DNA from: Daphnia carinata
Lineage: Eukaryota
Length of the DNA stretch: 64,000 bases
Direction: 5' to 3'
NCBI RefSeq assembly: GCF_022539665.2
Contig: NC_081331.1
Coordinates: 10,540,001-10,604,000, forward strand
Shown: piece by piece, positions 54,130 through 64,000 of the stretch
Layout: each line of letters opens with the position of its first letter
Numbering within the stretch: position 1 is the first letter of the stretch
Notes under the pieces: generated by a model
What the model saw: only the letters and a program-made list of their open reading frames with translations
Database searches by the model: none
What the model was told of the DNA's origin: nothing
Position numbers and translations under genes: made by a program

Positions 54130-55880
54130 CTACAGCAGCATATTGATCCTAGCTCGAGGCTATGTAACACACACAAACACCATACTCCGGGTCCCGACAT
54201 TTTTTGTTTTTCACCCCTCGTGAGAGAGAGAGAGGGTGGGAGTAGGGGGTATTAAATATCGAGGAAAATGCATTTTAGCTTTTTTTTTATAACAATAATA
54301 ATTTCGACTTTTTTTCTTTAAAGCGGTCTGACAGCTGAGAGAGAAAAGGTGTTGGGAGACTAACAGAAAAAAAATGTGGTTATGGGCCTTTACATCTCGC
54401 GTTTCGTAACTGCACTGGTTCGTACGACATTGTAGACGGGAACATCCGGAGTATGGGCCGTTTTTCTTGGATGAGCAAACCTTCGGGCATTTTGTACAAA
54501 AGTGAGGGATGAATTCGAGTTCGATTTTTTCTTTTTTTACAGGGGAAAATTGTAAATTGCAGAATTTATTTTTAAGGGAAAAGGGTTTTATTCTTTATTG
54601 TGCACTGTCATCCTTGCGACTGCCCTCCTACCGACGCTTTTATTGATCCACAGCTACCCGAGTCTGTGTGACTGTGCACCCCCTTGTATGTTATCGTTCC
54701 ATCTTAGTTCGATCCGCTCGAGTTTTAACATACCCCACCCAAAACCTCGCATTGTGTGACGACACGATCGATCGTCGTCATCAGCACGGACTTACTACCC
54801 ATGCGTCCTCCACTCCACCCCCGAAAGGTCTGAATCAATGGGGGGAGAGGACTTTGTTTCGTTCGAAACAAGAGGGAGAACAGACCCTTTTAATAAATTT
54901 TCACTGTCTGGCCATTTAAACGGACCGATAGGCGCGCCATCTATCGGCCGAAGGCATTTTCATGTTTTATTTATATATTTTTTTTAAAAACAGAAATTTA
55001 TCAAAGAAAACTTGTACAAAAATGGGTTTTCGACGGAAAGGCAAGGGGAAAAAAACAGGAGGTAGGAGGTGGAGTTTGGGTGTAATAGTTCCCGTAGGGG
55101 AAGAGAGAGAGTTGGAAAAGGGAGAGACCGTGAGGGGCGTTCGGGTGTAGGGGCGGCCATTTCCACCGAAACCAGCCAGTCGGCTGCCAACCTGCCTAGA
55201 GGGTTGATGGGTGTTGTTTCGACGGGCAGAATAAGGGAGAAAAATAATATAAAAATTCTATATATTTTTTTTTTCCCTTCTGCGTTGAAATTGTATTCCA
55301 CTCGGGAAAGCTTAACAAACGATCGTGTCAAGGACAACAGTGCAGGAGCTACAGTGTTGTTCAGCCTGGAAAACTTGTTTCCATTGTGGTCTCCATGGTG
55401 ATGTTTCCGTCCATCCGTACGGACGTTTGTGTGGTGGTGTTGGTGGCCTCTGATTCCGATCTAGGATAGACAGAAAGAGAGAGAGAGAGAGAGAAGTATA
55501 GTTTGTGTTAGTCCGTTTTGGACGATTGTTTGCAAGTTGTCGGTACGGTTGGTTGCCGATACGTTTTGGGAGAGCCAAAGAGAGTTAGAAAGTGACCTTT
55601 TTTACACTCTCAAATTCATGGAAAGTGAAAACGACAGAAGAAACAACAACAAAAAAAAAAGCGCGCTTTCTAGTGTAAATTCGAAAGAGAAAAGATTTTT
55701 TTTCTTCCCTCAATTCTCTTTCTTAACTTTTATTTTTCGAAAAAAAACTATTCTAGTGGAAACCAGCTCTGACCGTGTCGGTCTCTCTCTCGTCGTCAAG
55801 TGCATTCGATGTTGAATAGAGTCGTAGATTTTTAATTTTTCCGTTTGAGCCAAAATAAAACAGCACAACAGTTACACAAG

Positions 55881-55902
55881 TGTGTGTGTGTGTGTGTGTG
55901 TG
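55881..55902. repeat. (TG)11 microsatellite
   Basis: Read directly from the sequence. Confidence 0.9.
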
Positions 55903-56038
55903 TATCTCCCTCCGAGCTACAGATATATACTTTACTGAAAAATATATCAGATAACTGCGTGAAACGCGTCAACGTTTCTTTGTGTCGCGTGTGTGTATGT
56001 GTCCCGTTGTGTAATCATTTCCGCTGTGGGAACAAACA

Positions 56039-59000
56039 ATGGAGACGAGGTAAGCAGACAGGCCGCTATTTCTTCTTTCTTTGCCTTTAGTTGTTGGGGA
56101 CCTTTCTTGCGTGGCTTCTCCTCCGTTTTGAGTGTTGGAGCGGAAGTTGGCTAGAAGAATCCTGCAAGATGGCTGTGTGTGTTAAGGAGAAAGGGAATAG
56201 TTTTTTGTTTTTTTTACTACCCTTCGGCCTGTCTGTGTGTGTCCGCGCGATCAAGTATTGATTCGCCATCGACTTTTGTGTGTGTGTGTGTGCAGAGCCG
56301 ACTCCCGGAGTCGACTCCACACTCATTTTCCCTATTTTAGCCCTAGACACACACACACACGCACATTTTCCTCCCTCCTTCTACTCCACTTCCTCTTTCA
56401 CCATACTTTTTTTTCCGTTTTCTCAATCGATATGGCGCACGCAGCGCACTGCTCAATGCTTCCCAGACGAGAGGGGCGAGGGAGAGCTTATAGCGTGAAG
56501 AGTAGAGGGGGAAGGGAACAACTAGAAAATATTTTTATCCCCTCTCTTAGGAGAAATCTTGCCCAAATCCAATGACCTCCCCCCTCCTCCTCCCTATATT
56601 CTAATTAAATACCCGTCCCTGCGCATATGCGAAAATTGAGAAAGAAATTGGATGCTTGTCAATCCTCCATTTACCAGCATTTTCAACTTAATTTAAAACA
56701 TCTTTTTTTTTGGCAGATTGTTTTTTTTTTCAAAATCGTTAGGAAGAATCTGATGATATTTAAAAAAAAAAGGTTTGACCGACAGAACCCCCCCCCCCCC
56801 TATCCTCCCCCATCTGAAAACAGCTGCTTGAACCTGGTGCAGCTGCTCAGCCCTGGGTGGTGGCGATGATGATGAAGAGCACACAAACGTAAAAAAAAAA
56901 AAAGAGAAAGAGAGAAAGGCCAGCTGTGTTTTCGGCTTGATTCAGGGTGTATTTTTCGACCCGTGGTGGAGTTTAAAGGTCCAACACACGACGACATATT
57001 ACACACAGGCAACGGAAGGCCCGTGCTGTGGCTCACGAACACTACCCCCTCACCCCACCCGAAGGAGATAAAAAAAAAAAACGAAGGGTGGGATATGAGA
57101 GAGAGGAAGAATATCGGTTGGGTTGGTGCGCAATGGAGGAAATATCATGCGAGATAACACGTTTACAAAAACCTGGAGCTTTAGTAGCCAACAGACTCCC
57201 CCCTCGGGCACTACCGTCTCTTTGTCCCGATGTTGTGTGTGTGTTGGTGGTTGGAAGTTTTTGTTGTGTTCCTGCACTGCATAGAACTGTTGAGGGAGAG
57301 AAACAGGAGAGGACAGAGAAATTTTTTGGTGGTGGACCTTAAAGGTTTTCGAAAAGAAGGAGAAGCAAAACGATCTGCTGGAAAAAAGAAAAAGTTCTTA
57401 TAAAGAGGTCACGAAGAAAAAAAAAATAATAAACGGGAAACTTGTTTCTTTTTTTTTCATGTGTATATAAATATCCCTGCCCCGAGCCTTACAGGGTTAT
57501 TTTGGAGAGCGTGAATACGTTCTGCCTCACGTTAACAAAAAAAAAAAGTCAAAACCCAAAGGGCTTCTTTATCCGCCGGTTCCCCTTTTTTTTTTTTTTT
57601 TTTGGAACTCATGGGTAAATAAAAAGCAGCTGGGCACAAGAGATAAACCTTTGAAAAAGAAAAATGAGTTTTAATCTTATCTTTGTGTTATGTGTTTTGT
57701 TTTTATTTTACCGGTTGTGAAACGAGGAGCCTCCTTACGTGTTCAAATGGATTTTCAATGTAGTCAAACCTTAGTAGAGATCCCCTTCTCCATTTTTTTT
57801 CCCTCGTGTTGTTTTGACGTTGGGAGTTTTTTGGTGGGGAAACTTGCGCGCATCCGGTGTTCCAGCCGGAACAAGTTTGAAGCAGATGATGGTCATAAAT
57901 ACGAAAGGGGTTCGCCATTTGGGAAAATTGGGGAGAGAGGAACAAAAAAAAAAAATGAATAAGAATTAATTTTTTAATGATATTTTCTTTTTTGTTATTT
58001 TATTTTGTTTACATTGCAAACCAGTAGGTATCGCAGTAATCGCTCGGGCGGAATCCTCGGCCAGCAGAGCGGAAGCAGTGCTAGTAGCACGGCTAGTAGT
58101 AACAATTCGGCCAGTACAACTGCCTCTAGTGGAGTGTCTATAACTTGGACGAGGAGTTGCCAGGTAAATTGAACACTTCACAATTGAAATACTTTTTTTA
58201 TTGATTTAATTTAAAAAAAAAATAGGCGACTTGCAGTAAGCAGCCTTGCTTGAGCTGCGCGGGCAATCCTCTATTGACGCCGGCCAACAGTCCAGCCGCA
58301 GCAGCAGCCGCAGTAGCAGCCGCTGCATCCGCAGCTGAAACGGAGCATCGTATTTACTTGCGCAGTCACCGGCAGCGACGCAATCAACAGCTGCTGCAAA
58401 TTCAACAACAACAGCAACAGCAGCAGGTCGCCAATTTAACCCTGCGTCCATGGACGCGGTCCCGTGCGCAGCAGGTGCTGCACCACTATCAGCTTGAACA
58501 ACTTCATCCGTCTCACACCGGTATATTATCACGTCCTCCGATGTGTTGTCAACTTGCATAACATTTTTTTTTTTTTTTTTTGCAGGTGTCGTTTACCTGA
58601 CCAACCCCAGCGAGCGGGCTGCCAGCAAAACGGGCATACCATTGGTCCAGCAATTACCACCACCGCCATTACCACAACAACAACAACAGCAACAACAGAA
58701 CGTCCGATTGGCCTTGGCCGCTGTCACCAGAGCCTCATCATTGCCCACGGGTACGAATAATTTGATAGGACTCTTTTGTTTTGTTTTGGTTGACGACTTT
58801 AGCTGACCTCAAACTTCTTTCTTTCTTGTTTTTGTCTTTCCTGAGATACACAAACAAAAGATGTTGATGGGGGATATGAATTAATGTTGTTTAATATTAA
58901 TTGATTTGCAGGTGTGGACCGGCGTCGCGTGACGCGTGGGATGACAATGGGTCAGAAGGTTTCTGGCGGAGTTAAAGGCCTGAGCGGTCGAGAAGGCAGT

Positions 59001-60065
59001 CACTCATCGCTTGGAGGAGCCAAACCATCCAATTCTCGGCATGAGATGCCACACGATTTTACCAAACCTTCGCGGCTGGAAGCCCTGCTCGACATGCCGC
59101 CCACATCCAGGTACTTTGATTCACATATTTTATCAAAGAGTTTTGTCGTGGAACATATTTTGTTTTTTTTCTTCCAGGGAGGTGGAGCTGAAACATGCAT
59201 GGAACGCAGACGACCGGTCGCTCAACATCTTCGTCAAGGAGGAGGACCCGTTGACGTTTCATCGGCACCCAGTGGCTCAGAGTACGGATTGCATTCGCGG
59301 CCGAGTGGGTTTCACGCGCGGTCTCCACGTCTGGGAGCTCAATTGGTCGACACGCCAACGCGGCACTCACGCTGTCGTCGGCGTCGCCACCCTCTCGGCT
59401 CCGCTACACTCGGTCGGTTACCAAAGTCTGGTGGGAAGTAACGACCAATCGTGGGGCTGGGATCTTGGCCGGAATAAACTCTATCACGACTCGAAAAACC
59501 AAGCCGGAACGACGTATCCAGCTATCCTCAAGTCGGATGAGAATTTCACCGTTCCAGATTCGTTTTACGGTACTCATTTTTAATAGATAAACCGATGATA
59601 TTTTATTACATATATTTTTTTTTGTACATGATAACTAACTTTCTCTGTTTGTTATTTTATCCTTCTAAAATCAATATGCAAAAACAAAAAAAACAAATAG
59701 TCGTTTTGGACATGGACGAAGGAACACTAGCCTTTGTCGTCGACGGACAGTACTTGGGCGTGGCTTTCCGAGGTCTCAAAGGAAAGAAGCTTTATCCGAT
59801 CGTCAGCGCCGTCTGGGGGCATTGCGAGATCACTATGAAATACATTGGTGGACTTGATCGTAAGTTTAGCTTTCTTTTTTAATTTTTAAACGTCCACCAT
59901 TTAAATTCAATTTTCAAAATTTTTGCAGCCGAACCGTTGACGTTGACGGATCTGTGTAGGCGAGTGGTGCGCCAAACGGTAGGGAAACACCGACTTGAAA
60001 GGCTGGACGAGCTCAACTTACCGCCGGCCCTCAAGAGCTACCTACTCTACCAACACCGGCGATGA
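56039..60065 (+). CDS. gus: Gustavus / SPSB (SPRY + SOCS box) E3 adaptor; conserved core 58947-60065, putative long isoform from 56039
   Basis: [67 protein letters not shown] and SOCS box [24 protein letters not shown]. Four upstream exons splice in frame (see findings). Confidence 0.92.
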
Positions 60066-61468
60066 TCCGTCTTAGCGCAGAAATGAAACAAAAAAGTCCA
60101 TCAACTTTGAAAACAAAAAAAAAGATAATTTTTTTTAGGAAAAGATTAACAAAAAAAGGCCCATCCAAGAGTATAGAAACATTTTTTTTGATTTGGACTC
60201 TTGAAATGACCGATGATTTCCAATCTCACTCGACACATCAGAGGAATATAGATCCTGAAAGATAACAAAAATAAAAAGGAAACTCCTTCGCCGAAATCTT
60301 GTTTTTATATACGAAGAAGAAAAAAAAAACCAAAAAACAAAATTTGACCATCATCATTCTGATCATACACACCCAACCCCCGTGGATATGAAAATATTGT
60401 CTGCCCTCCTGTTTTTCCTTTTTTTTAAATAATGTGTCGGTTCCCTTTTATTTCTGATTTTTCAACCCCCACCTCCTTATACACTTCCGCCAGACTCTTT
60501 ATGCGTGAAACGTTTTGGAATGATTTTGCTTTTAATTTGTGTGGGGATGGGAATATTTAGGACCTGGGAGCTCAAAAAAAAAAAAAACAACTGCAGTTTT
60601 CAACTCCTTTTTTGTTTCTATAAGTCCATTTTTTTCCTGTTTAATTTTTTTCATTTTAACTTTTTTTTTTTTTTTTTTTAAAGAAACTGTTTACGTATGT
60701 GTAAGTCTGTGTGGATGTTTGCGAGACCAAAATTTTTTTTTTTTCTTGTTCCCAGAAGGAATTCGTTTAGGTTTTGACGCCCTCTCCGTGAAAAAATTGA
60801 AATTGATAACGTTGTCATGTGTGTTATGCGGCATGCCAAATTTTGTGTAATTCGGACGGCTCGCAAGAAAAAGAAAAAAAGCAAAAAGAAGCATTTTTTT
60901 TATTGTATGCATGTGTGCCTGTAAGTGTGTGTATTGTACGTCTTTCCCTTTAAAAAAAACGACCGTGTGAACAATCTCCTCCCTATTTCCTCATTCTGTT
61001 TTTACTAGTTTTTTTTTTTTTTTTTTTACATTACGAAACCTGATAAAGCAGCGAGTAATAATCGAAAATGCGATTTTCTTTTTCATAACTCTCGTGTCCT
61101 GTGTCTTGATTTTTAAAAAAGCCTCATTTCCCTCAAAAAAAAGAAGAAAAAAAGTATTGAAAAACACACAGAATCTTTTATTTTTCGTCCTTGCAAACAT
61201 TTTCTTTTTTGGTTGGTATGAAGTGATCCGGTAGTTCTTATTTAAGTAAGGTCGTTGTACAATTCTTTTTTTCTCCCTACCCCCGTGCCCATCGTGTCTT
61301 AATTTCTCACCTCTCTATGAAGGAAAACAAAACTAAACAATCTTATTCGTATGACGTGTGCAATTTCTTCAGTCTCGAGTTTCAAACAATGACGCAAATC
61401 CGGATGGAAAGAGACTCGAATGAATAACGAAAAAAAAAATATTCTCATCTGCTTTGTCTTGATTATCT

Positions 61469-62882
61469 TCAATCCAATTTGCATTCGTTGTAGATTTTGT
61501 AGCAATCAGCCAAATTTCGACCATGAATCGCAGCCTCGGTGAAGGTTCCTTCCGGATAGAATGATTGAAAACGTTCCAGAACTGCCTCACTGTATTTTTT
61601 TTTTCGAAGATTAAAAGCAAAAAAAAAAATGATTGTTAATAAGATTTAAAACTCGTTTTGTTGAAAAGAATTTTCGTTTCGTGTTTTGGAAAACCCACCT
61701 GCCCAGTTTGCCAAAGACCTTGCCCAATTGGCCGTAGTTGGATACTAGTCGTCTATTGGCTGAACAGACGGACCTTTGGAAGCAGACAAGTGGCCGTTGG
61801 AGATCGTGATGTTCAGTAAAATCATTCTATTTAATCAGAACTAAAAATCGTGAACCTTAATTCATGAACATTTTTAGAACATGATTTATTACCAAAAGTG
61901 GAAGAATGGTGGCTGCAACTTCGTAAGTCAAGGTCTGAATCCCTCCCTGGCCGAGATTGGTAAACCATTCTTGGAATGGATCTGAAATGGCTCTTTTCTT
62001 CCGGCCGGTAGCAGCTGCTGTTGTCGTAGTTATTTGGTTAAGGATGTCCTTCAAAAATATTGATCAAAAATTGGATGAAACGTGAACGAGATTTTGCGTG
62101 CAGACGAAAATAAAAAGTGAAATACCAACCCGCAAAAGATTGATCAGAAGCATTAGGCCCAGTAAAGCTACTGCATTGCTGCCGTTCGACCTATGATAAG
62201 GAACCAAAAAGAAAGAAATAAGCCATTGGTGCAAATGGTATTCATGCAAATAAATAAGAAAATAGAAGGGAAAATAGGAAATGGCTTTTCGATGCTACAT
62301 CAGATTCCCGTACTCAATTTTTACCTGTATCAAATTGAGTAGGTAAAGGAAGCCCAACAGAGATACGGCTGATGTGTTCAAATACGACCTAATTTAATGT
62401 TATTTATTTATTACCTAGGTCAATCAAATCTGAGGGCGGAAGTGGATGAAAGTATGGATTTCTCGAGAGTACATGAAAATATTGAATTACTTACCCTCCT
62501 TGTCCGTATCCTCCTCCTCCCCCATGACCATATCCTCCACCATAACTAGCTCCTCCGTGTCCATAACCTCCTCCACCGTGTCCATAACTTCCTCCACCGT
62601 AACCTCCTCCCCCGTAGGAGGAAGCGGCGGCCTTCGAATCAGCTGCTCTCGACGATATTGGAGAACTCGTACCTTCTTCATCTGAAAATGAATAACATAT
62701 TTTTTCATGTTTCTAAAAGAAACTGAATAAGAATATGAGTACTTACGACTCGTCATCGCCGAAAAGGTAGCCGAATGGTCAGTTAGTCCACTCATTTGGC
62801 GCCAAGCATCGCTAGCATCGTAGGTTCCCGAACTACCACTCAGGGTCGCGATGATAAGCACTGCTGTTAACCAAGTCCGCAT
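61469..62882 (-). CDS. Secreted Gly/Tyr/His-rich protein with a C-terminal DM4/DM12-like Cys domain
   Basis: Exons 62882-62747, 62681-62495 (GGGGYGH repeats), 62388-62325 or 62190-62130, 62048-61893 (RKKR), 61826-61699 (CFQRSVC) and 61589-61469 (AAIHGRNLADCYKIYNEC). All phases are consistent. Confidence 0.75.
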
Positions 62883-62959
62883 TGCAGGCAACTTACTACT
62901 TCTACTTTTCTCGTTCTCAATCGCGATACTTTTCTGAACAAGAGCTTGCTTACCGCCAC

Positions 62960-62967
62960 TATTTATA
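62960..62967 (-). promoter_or_regulatory. TATA box of the Gly-rich/DM4-12-like gene
   Basis: TATAAATA about 80 nt upstream of the ATG. Confidence 0.55.
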
Positions 62968-63431
62968 CGTTTCCCATAACGTCCACGTAAAAATTACCGT
63001 TAAGGTCAAAGGACTGTGAAAGAGAATTCTTTTTTTCATTTCGTTTTTCCTCTCGTCTTTGTTTGGTACACAAATGTTGTTATCTTGAAGACATTTCTAA
63101 AGACGAATTTAACGGGCATAGCTAGCGAACGTTGACCGAACACACTGGACCCAACGTAAAACAAAGATGGACGTCACGGTTGTGATATTTAATAATGAAA
63201 CACTAGAAAGGTAACGGAAGTCGACAACTTGCAAGTGGTTATATTTATGTCTGATGATAAATAGGAGGCCTATGGTTACTGAATTCAATTAAATTCAAGT
63301 AAAATTTAATGTACCATGGTCTACGACAGGCACAAAAACAACCCTTTACGCATTTTCCAACTTACAAAAAGTTTCTTAACAGATGCCATTTTATGTTTCA
63401 ACAAGGAATGCGCTTAAAGATCGAAATTAGA

Positions 63432-63439
63432 TATCGATA
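63432..63439. promoter_or_regulatory. DRE (TATCGATA) upstream of a probable + strand gene that starts near the window end
   Basis: Perfect DRE followed by a GC-richer segment and a GTAAGT donor near 63685. Confidence 0.35.
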
Positions 63440-64000
63440 AATCCCAGTAAAAAAATCTGATGAAACCTCTCCTGACGATGTGCTTCAACACTCATTTCCC
63501 TTAAGGGCTAGTCCTTGTTCGGCCATGCCGCCGAAAGGCGGCTAGCGTTCGTCATTTGTTTTGTCTTCTGTTGCCTACGGCTTAAGCGGTGGCGCTGTGT
63601 CGCATTAGTACCACGCGCCATCTATCTTGCTCGTCGGAGCCCGAAACTCTGAATTGTCTTTTTCGTGCCGCTCGTGGCAGAAGTGTAAGTATCACTTTTC
63701 GTATTCTGTATTTTGTTACTTTTATTGCACACCTGGCAACAGTAATTGTTTCTTTCAATTGAAAAATATTGGCTTAAGATCTTACGTTTAATTTGAACAA
63801 AGTGTTTACCGTTTATGGTTATTAATAGTTAGTTTTCTGGGATTGGTAAACGCTGGTAGTCGAAGTGGGAATGACACATGGCACATGAGGTTACTTGGGC
63901 GCCATGTTGGGATTCTAGCCGGCCTTTTTTGCATATTGTTGTTGCATATTTGGTCTCTTGTGGTGGCTTATTCGTTCTCTCTGATCTCATCTTCGAGTAG

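Noticed and set aside
39000..57960. Numerous Phe/Lys/Cys-Val-rich short ORFs in the non-coding stretches
   Set aside because: They are translations of poly-T, poly-A and TG/CA microsatellites.
5107..60065. A vasa fragment and gustavus, whose products interact, lie in one window
   Set aside because: They are about 50 kb apart with many unrelated genes between them, and the vasa copy is dead. There is no evidence of a functional cluster.
62487..62690. Acidic EEVMDT repeat protein in the ORF track
   Set aside because: This is the wrong frame. The intron phase gives the GGGGYGH reading.

Overview
This is eukaryotic, intron-rich animal genomic DNA. The short introns (mostly 60-80 nt), AT-rich spacers and gene content suggest an arthropod, most likely a cladoceran such as Daphnia (inference). 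Apparently intact genes that I could splice by eye are SDHAF4, polybromo/PBRM1, an SDR42E1-like 3-beta-HSD-family gene, a BAG-domain co-chaperone, PTCD1, NAA60, two intronless class-A GPCRs, a YjbQ/UPF0047 gene, DUS3L, a secreted cystine-knot protein, gustavus/SPSB and a Gly-rich DM4/DM12-like secreted protein. The decayed sequence includes a chimeric pseudogene, in which the 5' half of a vasa-like DEAD-box gene joins the 3' half of DNA polymerase delta at an apparent 6-nt microhomology, and an inverted pseudogenised SDR42E1-like duplicate. The most notable sequence-level observations are that chimera, an AT-AC (U12) intron in NAA60, a pair of frame-enforced mutually exclusive exons, a spliced 214-aa low-complexity N-terminal extension of Gustavus, and an unassigned PTTH/Trunk/Spaetzle-like ligand. 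I recognised no CRISPR array, tRNA, rRNA or intact transposon. All family assignments come from motif recognition, not database searches.
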